A DNA stretch of 64,000 nucleotides from contig NW_005434632.1 of NCBI RefSeq assembly GCF_000315625.1, forward strand, positions 157,901 through 221,900. Reading direction: 5' to 3'. Below the pieces are notes generated by a model. That model saw only the letters and a list, made by a program, of their open reading frames with translations. It did no database searches and was not told the origin of the DNA. The translations under genes were made by a program, and so were the position numbers. The stretch comes from Guillardia theta CCMP2712 (Eukaryota; Protista; Cryptophyta). Shown here piece after piece: positions 45,765 to 58,500 of the stretch (its first letter is position 1; each line of letters opens with the position of its first letter).

Positions 45765-48700
45765 TTGGTCATGGTTGCAAGCAGGAATCGGGGACAGAGC
45801 CTCCGTAGCATCAAGAAGACCGTGAGGGGCACGTGGTATGAGGGTGTGTGGGCCGTCTGGATCTTTTTTGTCTGCGCGTTCATCGCCTTCAACGATGTCG
45901 TCTCGTTCTGGCCCACCCAACGGAACTGGAGCTCCAACGGGATGGAGACCTTGTTGGACATATCATGCATCCTGTTCGCCTTGGAAAGTCTGCTTCACAT
46001 GTTGCTGTTCGGGTTGTTCAAGAGGAAGAAAGGAGTGTCTGCAAACAGCAAGGAAGACCCCAAACCTGAAGATGGCAATCATAGTGCGGTGGAGGAAGGA
46101 GAGCCAGAGGTGCAGGAGGAGGTGGATCCAAGGACTCTGTTGAGCAACGAGGAGCTGCAGGGTATCAAAGACATGTTTCGATTGTTTGACACTGACAACA
46201 ATGACACCATGGATGAGTTCGAGCTGCGAGTTGCAATGAGAGGCCTGGGATATGGAACAAGCAGCGAACAGGCCCACAGGCTGTTCATGGCGCTCGACAA
46301 GGACCACTCAGGCTGCATCGAGTCTAGTGAGTTCGAGAAAATGATTGCAGAGAGGATGCTGGAAGAGCAAAATGACGATGGCTACTTCGACTTGCACTGG
46401 AACAAGATTTACTTCTTGATCACTCTCGTTGGAATCATCCTCCTGCCATTGCGCAGTATGAACGTCTTCAGAGCAGTTGGATGGGGCAAAGTTGTGGAGC
46501 TGACAAGATTCATCAGATTAATCCGATGGGTTCAGGTCATCCCAGGGACATGCGATGTGATCATTTGCATCCCCAACTCCCTCAAAGCGCTCTTCAACCT
46601 CTTCAACTTGTGGTTCTTCTTCATGATCATCGCTGCCATCCTTGGGACATCCCTGTTCGGTGACGGGCAACTCCATGGCAGGTGCGTCGTCACTCAGACG
46701 AACAAGTTTGCCATGAGGTGGAACGCCTCGATTTGGAACAAAGCCAGCACAGTTGGAGAGCTGCAGTCTCCTGAGCGACACTGCGGCTCCAATCTAGACT
46801 GTGGAGATGGATTTGAATGCTCCTGTCTACCCCCCCGGAACAACTTGAACGACAGGAGCTTCCTCCAGGGAAGGCCTGGTTGCGAGAGGATAGAGCGTGG
46901 CCTGTATGGACAGACTAATCAGGGCACTCCGACTGACATGTACTATGGCTTCTTAGGATACAGCAACTTTGCGCAGGCACTGTTTACAAATTTGATCGTG
47001 TCAACACTGAGCCAGTGGACTTACATCATGGATGGGATTTTGGAAGCGTACGGGAGTGGTTGGTGTGTCTACTTCATGGTCATTGTTATCGTGATTCGTT
47101 TCTGGCTGCTCAATCTGTCCACTGCTATCGTCACAACGGTCTACTACAAGGTCCGAGACAGGAGGAGGCAGATCGTCTGGGACGATGCCATGGCCAAGGC
47201 TGAGAGCGCTCTTCTGTCCCAGCTACAGATGGAGGACGAGCATCAGCTTGACAAGGAGATCTCTGTTAGAGAGAGGGCAAAGCATTTGATCTTAGGCAGT
47301 CTGGGGGCTCTGGACGAACTTTCTCCTCGCGAGCTCGGGCAGAGGATCAAACAGGCGTTCGTCGCGTTTGACTCGGATGGCTCAGGATCGATCACTGCTG
47401 ACGAATTATCCAGCGCCCTTCTGAAGCTAGGACTGGAACTGTCGGAGCTTGAAGTTCAGGAAATCACAATGCAAGCCGATACAGACGGAGACGGCATCAT
47501 CCGGTACGACGAGTTCGAAGACATGGTGAAGATGATGTTGTCCAAGACGAGGGTTGAGGCGCTACATGATGAAGATATCATTCCGATCGAGGAGGAGAAG
47601 GTCAAGTTTCTGTGGATCTTCAGCATCAATCCGATCTACAGCAAGCGCAACACGAAGCCCCTTTCTAAGACGTCTCTCTTCTTTGCCAAGTTGATGTCTG
47701 CCCCGCACGTGGTGGACGAGTGTGGTGAGCGAGTGCCGGGCGACGTCATCGTGGAGGCCAGGAAGCGCAACATCGACATAAGGTGGGGGCCAGGGCCCAT
47801 GGAGTGGAGCCTGGTGGCGCGAACGGGGGGAGCAAGTATCGGACTCAAGTCGAGAAAGCATGATGAAGGGGGCGATGACCCTTCTCGGAATCTGTCGAGG
47901 CATCGGGTGAAGGAAATGTTTCCTTCTTCCGCGGTGATCCCTGGAGGAGAGGGAGTGTCGGAGGACGAGAGCAGGGACGACATCCGGCAGATGATCAAGC
48001 AGTTTGACATCCAGGGCAAGAATGACTCGGAGCGGAATCAGGTTGTTTCGCCTAATGCACTGCCTTACTCAGACATCGTCATCTTCATATGCATTGTGAC
48101 CAATACTCTGATCATGACGATGAGTCACTACGACGGAGTTGTCAACATGAATTGCAACAATCCTTCTTACTGCCCCGACAATGTTGAGATTATGTCTCCT
48201 CCTTGGTTCTTTGCTCTCAACGTCATTCAGATCACATTCAATATTGTGTTCACCATCGAAGCCGTGTCAAAGATGCTAGCTCTGGGCAGTTTCTATCGTT
48301 ACATCGTCAGGCCAATCAATCAGTTCGACTTCCTTCTTGTAGTCATCGCAGACTTTCTGATGTTCCTGAGCGTCTTCGGCATTGACTTTCCAAACATTTC
48401 TTTCTTTCGAGCTCTTCGATTGCTACGAGCTTTCCGTATGGTCGTCACTTTCCATCGGCTCCGCCTCTTGTTCAACAGAGCTTCAAGTGCCTTTCAGGGC
48501 ACCCTCCACGTCTCTTTCGTAATGATCCTGTTCCTCTTCATTCTCTGCTTGTTCGGTATGCAGATCTTCATGTGCCCAGTGAAGGAGGACTGCGGAGAAG
48601 ACGACTGCCCCTACTATAAGAATTCATGCCTCGACCACTACAACTGCCCGTTCTACCTCACCTGCTCCTTTGGCCGGAGGTACAATTTCAACACCTTCTG

Positions 48701-51700
48701 GAACGGCATCATTGTACTGTTCTCAGTTACAACAGGGGAGGACTGGAGCGATACGATGCTGGCAGGGATGCGAAGCCTCACCACGGGGTTTATGAAAGAG
48801 TACCTTTCCATAATGTACTTCATCATTTCCTACATCATCCTCAATCTCCTTATCTCCAACTACTACATCTCCGTCATACTCGACAGCTTCAACACTCCTG
48901 AGGAGGACAAGGTATCGTTGCAAGCCCTGAGCTTCCGCAAGATCAACGTGCAAGCGCTGAAAGACAAGTACTTCAAGAAGGCTGGAAACTTTGCAAACCG
49001 GGAGCTGGAGCATGACGACCATGACGTAGAAGTCAAAAACAGCAACAGCAGAGACATTCTTGAGCTGATCACCAGAGATAAAGAAGACCAAAACGTCGAG
49101 CAAGTCAGCGACGTGACAATCTTTGGCATCTTTGCTCCTGCAACCCCCAACGAAGAGAACCCTGATGCGCCGAAGAACGTGAGAGGGCTGGTTAGGGACT
49201 TCCTGAACAATCTCTGGTTCCAGCGTCTCATCCTTGCTGCCATCATGGTCTCCTGCGTTGTCCTTACTCTCGACTCCCCCGTCCCCGAGTACTCCCTCAT
49301 CAACAGCACCGCCTCCAAACGGCTCAGCCTAGGAGCCTTCGTCGTATTCCTCATAGAGATGGTTCTCAAGATGCTCGACCATGGGATATACTGGGAGCAC
49401 CCCGAGGCATACTTCCGTACCAGCTGGAACATCCTTGACTTCATCGTCGTCGTGGCTTCAGTCCTTGACCTGGCTGGCTTGTCTGGTCTCACCGCCCTCC
49501 GCGTCATCCGCGTTCTCCGACCTCTTCGCCTCCTCAACCGTGTCAAGCATCTCCAGTTCTTGATGAGCGTTCTCTACAAGTCACTGCAGGACTTCGGGAG
49601 CATCATGATCGTCTTCGCCTTTCTCTGCATCGTCTCTGCCATCTTCATGCAGACCATGTTCGCGGGCGAGACTTACATGTGCAGCGACAACGACAACGGC
49701 CATCGTGTGAACTTCCTCTCTGTCAATTGCAACCCCAACACATCTGCAGGCTGTGACGAGGTGACCAAACATCTCACATCTCCAGCGATCATCAAGAGAA
49801 TGGATTGTGCTGGAACATTCCTGGCGGGCAGGCGAGGCGACCTCTACTTCGGCTTCAAAGGTGACAACACAGAGTTTCTCATGCCCAGGGCATGGCACCT
49901 TGGCCACCACAACTATGACGACTTCTTTTCTACTATCCACACTATCTTTCAGATTTGGACCCTCGATCACTGGCCAGAGATCGCATTCCAGTCTATTGAT
50001 GCCAAGGGCATTGGGTATCAGCCTGTCTATAATTATCAGCCGGGCTTCTTTGTCTTTTTTTGGATCTTCATCATCATCTCTCGATTCTTCATCACTCCTC
50101 TGATCATTGGAGTACTTCTTGACAACATAGGGCAAGTTGGCGGAACCTCTATCTTCACAACCTTGCAGAAGAACTGGAGGCGCTTTGAGGTCAAGCTCTC
50201 AAATCTCAAACCGTTCGTGATGGTTACTCTTCCCAAGAATCCTTTGCAGCGTCGGATTTGGCTGTTTGTTGAGCGGCCAGCTTTCCAGCATTTCTTCATG
50301 ATCATCATCATCTTGAACACATTACTCATGGCTTCCGACAGCTACAACCCAAACAGCTCGTGGTCAGACTTTGCATACGCCATGAACATAGTGTTCATCT
50401 TCTTGTATGTGATTGAGATGGGATTGAAGCTCTTTGCTCAGCGAATTCATTTCTTCTCAAGCTCCTGGAACAACTTTGACCTTCTGGTGACATCAGTGAG
50501 TCTTATCGAGATCTTCTTGACTTTGAATGGTGGAAGCCGCTCGTCCATGCAGTCTCTTCGCGTTGTTCGTCTCTTCAGAATCTTCAGAACGTTTCGTATC
50601 GTCAGACGACTCCCTTCCTTGCACATTATGCTGCTGTCCTTGACAAGCTCTGCCGCCCCTGTCGCAGCCACTTTCTCCCTCCTAGTCATCTTCGCCTTCA
50701 TCTTTGCGGTCATCGGCTCGCAATTCTTTGCTGGGCTCAAGTTCGGGCACGGGATGACGACATACTCCAACCTCAACGACGTCGCTCATGCAATGCTGCT
50801 GCTGTTTGAGGTCTCCACAGGTCAGAGGCTGGAAACTGCGATCTGGGATGCCTCCATCGAGGCCCCGCAGTGCACTCAGTGCACGGCATGCTACTATTCC
50901 ACCGTCAAGAAAGCCTTCGTCGACTTCTCTGACTGTGGGAACAGGGGCGGGGCGATCATCTTCTTCGACCTGTACTACCTGGGAGTGTGCTTCCTGATGC
51001 AGCTCTTCGTCTCTGTGATCCTCGACTGCTACCTGGCGTTCGTGGCAGAGCTTGAGTTCGTACTCAACGATAACCACCTCGAGAACTTCCAGGACAAGTG
51101 GAAGGAGATTGATCCTGCCGGGACGGGGAAGGCAAGCGTGTGGAAGTTGCGACAGCTCCTGGAGCGCCTGCACATCGAGGGAAACCCAATGGGATCGTGC
51201 GGGCTGGTCGACGAGGTGAAGCATCGAGCGATCAGGCTGGAGATTCTTGAAGGATGCGACGATCACGTCATGATCTTCGACCGGGTCGCTCGCGTGCTCG
51301 CGCTGGACGTGGCTGGCTCAAGGGCTCTTCCCTACGAAGAGATGCTCAGCTACCAGAGCTCCCGTGCCTTCTTCGCGCAAGCAGCTATGTTGAGCCATGT
51401 GGCCCAGAGCTTCTGCAGGAGGAAACTGAATCGAGATGTCACGATGAACAGGATCTCGAAGGAGCTATTGACGGATGAAGAAGGGTTACAAGGCATGGAG
51501 GATATTTCAAAGTGGGTCTACAAGTGGGAAGAAAGGAAGACGAGCTCTGTACCATCTCCAAACGTCCTGCTCTTCAGGGAAACTCAGCACGACGATCGCA
51601 GCTCTGTGCTGGTGTGCTGCTCTCTTCCATGATCACATGAGACTGACACTTGTCTCAGCTTGACTGTGACCGAAAGATCATCATCAAGATCATTCCTACA

Positions 51701-52477
51701 GAGGTGATCTCTTGCTTCCAAACGCTTATATTTCAGCACACGTTCATGAGACTCACAAACTTGTTTGCAGAAAGTTTTGCTTCCTTTTGATGAAATCTCG
51801 CAAGTGGTCAAGAATGGTGTGACTTGTTTCTCTTTGCGAGTCGCTCTTACACGTGAGGGCAGAGTTTGTCAAAACAGATTCAATCACATCTCGTTTTTTA
51901 TCCGATCCGAATGCAAAGGATAATCATCGTATCAGGTATACGCTGAGAGAGCGAATTGTCCCTTCTGACCGCATTCTCAGCCTTCTTTGTCGTGATGGAA
52001 ATATGTTGAACCTCAACTTCAACGATGTACATGAAGGCCAAATGGTGTTTCCCTCTTGTCTTTCCTGTCTCTTGACTGATAGGCTGCAGTTCGAGAATGT
52101 TATGTCAGAGATCATATTTCAGCACCAACAGACGCCAAGGCGGCTAGAGAACGTGATGATTGCAACGTGAGATCGAAGGCATTGCTGATGTTTGAACCCT
52201 TCTAGGGGTTTTCAATTCAACCATCACCAACAAACGAAAGTGGTAAACATGAACACACTCCTTGAATGTTTATGAGCCTGATGAAACGACAACAGACAGG
52301 GACGAAGAATTTGCAGACGTAACAGACAAGGTTTTTAGCTGTTTTTTTTGCGCCCAAACAACCTCTGCTCTTATTTGTTCTGACACTTTTGTGGTTCAGC
52401 TCTGGGCTCGGCACCTTGCAAGTCTTTCTCTCATGGAATCCATCTACAAGCTTGACTGCAAGCTCAAGATGGAATAA
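45765..52477 (+). CDS. Four-domain voltage-gated Ca2+/Na+-type channel alpha subunit with two inserted EF-hand pairs; short 5' and 3' exons unresolved
   Basis: 4x6TM; S4 motifs such as ALRVIRVLRPLRLL and SLRVVRLFRIFRTFRIVRR; WNxFDF motifs; pore motifs TLSQW, TGEDW, TLDHW, TGQRL; C-terminal HLENFQDKWKEIDPAGTG; EF-hands DTDNNDTMDEFE, DKDHSGCIESSE, DSDGSGSITADE, DTDGDGIIRYDE. Confidence 0.93.
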
Positions 52478-52540
52478 AGTATGAAAACTACCCGCATCTC
52501 ACTGTCAATATGTTTATTTGGTCGCTCTTTCAAAACTCGA

Positions 52541-55500
52541 TCATGTCACATGTGCATCGTAGACACAAGTGTTTGGAACAACACAAAGAAGTTGATTCAC
52601 CATAAGTACGGCACTGCAAACCATCAACATTAGATCAACTTCTAGCGACAACGCTACAGACCTGCTGTTCGATGCTATCACATCCGGATTCCACTCTAAA
52701 ATCAGTTCGACAGAAGTCCCGAAGCGACGAGAGATTGTCCACAAGTCATCGTTGTCCTGTAAGCAGGTCAGCTCTATACAGAGGTAATGTCGTCAACGCC
52801 ATCAGCAGTCATATGAAATATCGTTGACAGCAATACTAACTGCTTCTCCGTACCTGTACGGTATATGTCGGGCCCACTGTAACGACTTGTCCTGACAAAA
52901 CAACATCTGGATCTTGAAGGAAGTGATTTCCGCTCCAGATTTCTCTCCAGTTTGCAACCCAACTCTTCGCAAGGTCCTGGCGTCATGCTGTCAGGTATGC
53001 GAGTTGAGAAGGAGATGAAAGGACCTGAAGTGAGTTGTCGCTTTGGATACATACTTTACATCTGAAACAAGTCGATCAGTCTGCATTCCAAGTTCGAATA
53101 TCCCAATACCTCTCCACATTTATCTTGATACAGAAGTGCTGGTTTTCTAGTTGGCCATAAGAGAAGTTGTAGCTCGCGTCAAAGGCAATGAAGCAGATAT
53201 CATAGTCGAACCCCTCCTGCAAATAAATATTATCTCATATCATTTTCATCTTTCATTCGTACCTGTCCCCTGATAGGCGTCCACAGCAGCGATGAGTTGG
53301 CTGGATTCCCAAGAGTCCCTTCGAGGGTTGCCCCGACCGGAAGCCTTGAACGCTTCTGTTGTATCGTTTAGAGTTGAAGGAAAGATGTGGCAAGAACTTG
53401 TACCTCGTGATATAGGAACGAAGAGATGATGGTAAAGAACGGCTCGACCGCTACCAAGTATCCGTTTGCGCTGGCCTCGCTAAGTGACTTGAAGGAGGAG
53501 GACCGGTCTTCGGCCATCACAGTCAGTGCAAACGAACAGCCGACGTGCGCCTGCAAGGAGTCAGCGAGCGGAGGAGGAGAGACGAAGGCCAGAAGAGCCT
53601 AACCAAGTAGACGGAGCCATTCGGAGGAGACGTCAACTTGGGCTCTGGTCGTAGGACCACAACCTCGAAGCACCTTATTGCTGTCGTCAGGTTGCTCGAC
53701 CCCTTCCCTCTCACGCAGGTGCTGTAGTTTGATCCGGCCTGCGACGGCAAGGGAACTACCTGCATGACACCGGAGACTGTCGTTCCTCTAACGTAAACTC
53801 CCTTCTCTAGGAATTGGCCCGACGAGATGGCCCCGAACTTGACGCCAAGAGGAGCCTCAATCACAGTACTGAATGAGATGATGTCACAGGACGGCAGCCC
53901 GCAGACATCAGGGTCTTCAGCTTCTAAGGGCAGGTAGGAAGCCTTGCCTACCCAGGCCTCAAGGACCGTCCCGTCGGCTGTACTTGTACTCGTCCAGGCC
54001 GGAGCATGTCCGATCGTGAGAGAGGAAGAGGCAGGGACGCCGGCGAAATCTCCTCCACCAGCACTGGAGCTCTGAGCGATAACCGTTGACACCCGGTAGG
54101 TCAAGTTTTGACCCTGCAGAGCGTCGAACTCGAGAGGAAGGAGCCGGTGGGTGAAGTTGGCAGTCTGACTGTAGCCTATGACTGCAAAGGAAGACATGTT
54201 GGCATGCGTCCATGAGATGACGAAGTTCTTGATGTAGGTGGCGTTGAACGAGCCGTTGGTAGGCAGAAGTGGAGGCGTCCACAGCAACAGCAGCTCAGCG
54301 TTCCCCACTACCTGTGCATGGAGATGTGTGGGAGGAGGAGCAGGTGGGAGGATCCGGAGGGGGACCGAGGTAGTAGACCCGTTGCCTCCGAGGTTGAAGG
54401 GAGTGACTGAGATCGAGTACTGGCCAGCTGAGACGAGGGCAACACTGACAGTGAGTGTCTGTAGTACGAGACCTTGGTTTGATGCCGTGATAGTCGTCGA
54501 TGTGTTTGCTCCCACCAGGCTGATCAGAAACCCGGAGATGTTCATCCTTGCATCGTAAAGCCTCCATGCAACAACAGCTTCCGTGTAGTTCACGCTCTCA
54601 ACCCAGACGCTCGCGACTTCAACCGGCTTGTCAACCGGTTTGACCGTCACGACGTTGCTACCTCGCGACTCATATGCAAAGGTGTGGAGGTTGCGAGTGT
54701 AGACCTTGACTTGATAGAAGAGAGAAGAGTTGAGGCCGTTGAGGCGGTAAGAACTTGTTCTAGTAGACGCGACCAGATGGAAACTAGGATCTGTGACAAT
54801 CTTGGCGTACACCTGGTACGACATGCTGACGTCAGCACTAGTCTGCCATCGGATCGTGAAAGAAGAGTTGTCACTGGTCGCAGGGGAGATCTCAGTCTGT
54901 AGCGGTTGGAACTGAGGGGCCACATTCAACCTCAGGTCGCTGCTGAGAAGAGGTGCCAAAAGAGCACCGTAATAGACGCATTCAGTATTGGCCAGTGGAC
55001 AGTACAGATTCCTTGCCTCAACAAAGAAAGTGAAGTTCGTTCCGAAACTAACGTACTGACTTGCTATCCTTGTAACCAAAGCTGTTTGTGTTCCAGGAAG
55101 GTACTCTACCCCCAGATTGACTGCCTGCCAGGTTGTTCCCGATTGTGCGAATATCTTATAGTAGAATTGCCCTGATTGTCCAGCAAACAGGCTGGAGGGA
55201 GAAGCCCATGAAAGCACAACGGCAGCGTAAGCCGAATCCTTGTTGCCTACGTAAGCGACAGATGTCACGTTGACAGTCCGACAACTGACATCTGATATCA
55301 CACACTCTCCGACTCTCGTCTCAGCCAGGACTGCAACTCCTGCATCGAAGCCCATCGAGTTGTTGTTCTTGACTTTGACCACGTACCTGTAGATTAGGTT
55401 GGAAGTCAACCCAGAGTCGGTGTAGGAACATTCTGCCGATGGAGTCTGCAAGCAGGCAGGGGTATGGCTGACGGTGAACTCGTTTGACGCTGAACCGTCG

Positions 55501-58500
55501 GCAGCGATCAGATACCTGCTGATCTGAAACCTGAGCGCGAACCGGTTGAAGTATCCTCCTGGTGGAAGCTGCCAGCCCAGGACTACAATATTCTCATCTA
55601 GCTGTGAGACCCGGAGACGCTGGACGGACAACGACTGGAAGACTGGAGCCTCCAGTAAGCATGTTGTTGAGACTGCAATCTCCTGGTTGGCGAGACATCC
55701 AAGTCTGGTAGAGGCAGGCCAGGTGTTGATATTGGCCACAGGTATGAATCCCTTGTCGTTGAGGTTTCGGTTCTGCAGAGCCTATCAGTCCTTGCTTCAC
55801 AAGCAGTGTGAGACTGGCATTACCTGGATCCAGAAGCTGTAGAAGGTATTGGTTGTTAGACCCGTGATGGGAACCTGTAAGTAGATTGCGTCAGATGACC
55901 GAGGGTAGAAAACAAAAAGAGCTCACAAGATTTACACCAGAGCCGTTGGCAAACACGTTGTACTGCCTGTAGTCCACCACCAAACTCCCCAGCTGCTGCC
56001 CTGTGAACCCACCCTCCACCAGAGCCCAAAAGATCTGGTATGAGCTGACAGGAGCTGCCTTGGGAGGGTAGAATGAAAGAGTGAGAGTGTCTTGGCTGAC
56101 GTATGCTACTTTGAAGTCACTGACATAGTTGTCTGGCGTCGTCCCAGTGTCTGTCAACGTGAAGGTCAAGTAGATAGACCTCGATCGCATCCCCTGGTAC
56201 TGGGTGACCATGCGGATGATGTAGGTGTCAAGGTCCAAATCTAAGAAGGTGTACGTGCAGATCGATCCTGTCTTGCCGCTATCAACTTCTTGGGTCCAAA
56301 TCCTGCAAGGTAATCATTCAACAATCCAACAAAAGCTGTCAATACGCACTTTGCTGGTAGCTCGCTTGTCTTTGCTATCGCTATCTTGTACTGGTAGGTC
56401 AAGGAAGAGGTGAGGTCGGCCAGACACTTGGATGAAGAGAGATCTTCACTCTTCCTAGATGCCTCCAGCGCACAAGGCGCATGCCACTCGATGTTGACCT
56501 GAACTTTTCGCGGTGTAGCATCATTGACAGTGAACGAGGTCAATCGAAGGCGGGAAGCAGCTGGAGGAGCCGTCCAAAAGTAGGAGGAGGCAGAGCTCAA
56601 GGGAAGAGACGAGGATGAAATTCCATACTTGCTGCCTACAAAAACGCTGATCTTGTACCTCGTAGCTGGAACCAACCCAGTGCATGCGTAGCTCTTCACG
56701 AAGTCACTCTTCTTCACGACGAATTTTGTTTGGTTTGAGCTGTCAGGAGTCGTTGGCTTCACAAGCGAGTTCCCGTCTGTGGCATCCAACAAGAGAACAA
56801 AGAACATTACATCTGCATCGGCTGAATTGACAGAGACCGTGACGCTTTCTGCATCAATACTCAAGATGCTGATGTTGTGCGCGCTTGGGGGTTGTGCCCT
56901 CCACGTGAAGTCGATGCTCGAGCTCGAGACATTCTCATCTATTCCCGACATGTTGGTGAGCAGGTTCCTGGCAACGACGTAACACCTGTATCCAACCCCT
57001 GTTGGTATGCTTGAGAGAGAGATCTCGTTGTCGGAAATGAGACGCGAGAACGAAGCCGAGTTTGCGCCCTGAGGCTGACAGCTGACCATGTAGTCTGATA
57101 CTAGCCCAGGTGGAGGCGACCAGGTCAAGGTGACGGAGGAGGAAGTCATGTTCTTGAGGTAGAGGTCCTTGACAGGCTGCCATCTTGCATCGGATTGAGC
57201 GATGAGGGAGGACGGGGACTGGTAACCTAGCGAGTTGTTGTTTCTCGTCTCCACTGTGAAGTTGTACCACATCTTTGACTTCAGCCCACAGACTTCCAGC
57301 CTTGGAGCTCCCAGCTCAGATGCCGCGAGAGAGATGTTGTGCGAGGTCAGCGATAGCGGATCAGTGATCTCTGACGTCCAGACGCGAAACACCAGCAGCT
57401 CGGATATCCTCTTGTCTGTGACGGAAAGATGAGGTGTCCAGGTGAGAAGGATGCACCCGCTGCTCGTTGGCCATGCGCGCAAGTCCGTGACAGCCCTTGC
57501 CTGTCGGAGTAATGAGGACAAGAACAAGACCAGGCAGACTGAGGAGAAGGAGAAATGAAAGTTGTTCACCTTCGAAACTGCTGCTGTCACCATCATAGAG
57601 GAGAAGGGAAACACGAAGCCCTGATACGATACCTGTGACACTTGAATCCAGACAGGATTGCCTGCGCTACAAGTGACTTGGTGTGAGGACAAGAGATGAG
57701 TTTGCCAGATGTGAGATTTGAGATGGTCACATTGAGAACCTGCGCCTGTTGTGCGCAAAAGTCAGTCAAAAGAAGAGAAGGAAAGAGAGAGATACTCGTC
57801 CGTTGACGCTGATGGCATTCTGAAAGCATTGGATCGGCGAAGTCTTGTAGAAGACGACGAAGTTGGAAAAGTTTGGATAATTCAGATTGTTCCAACTGAT
57901 CTCAACGGAGCTTTCTGTGATTTGTTTGACTGCAAGGTTGCCAAGAGGTGTTGATGCTCCACTAAACCGGAAAGTGTGATATTGCACATCTTGTCCTGTG
58001 TAAGACGCCCATCGCAAGTCTTTGAACAGAACACGAACGAAGCTAACAGATGTGTAGATAGTGGCACAGTCAATCTTGTGCTGCAGGGCTGAGCAAACAT
58101 CTTCAAATGTGAAGATTGTTGTAGTGTTTGACAAGTCCGTCCATGACGTTCCAAGACTGAAGAAAAGAGGTGAAGCAAATGCGTTATCCACCAACTTGTC
58201 CACTCCTACTTGAATCGCATACACAAAACTCTCTCCATGTTTGGGATATGGACCGTTCCACTTGACAAGGACCTTGTCTTGATCAGCAAAGTAGACTTGG
58301 ATGTTGCTGACAGGCGCAGATTTGTAAGCAAGATGTACAATTTTGGTTGCACAGAGATCACTTTGAAACTGGATCTTGAAAGGAACATAATTGTACATGG
58401 GACAGACTCTGACGGTATAGGTGATAAAGGACTTGAGTTTCGTTGTTGCACCATAACTAGTGGGCATCGAGTCGATCACAATGTTCGATACTGCATCATT

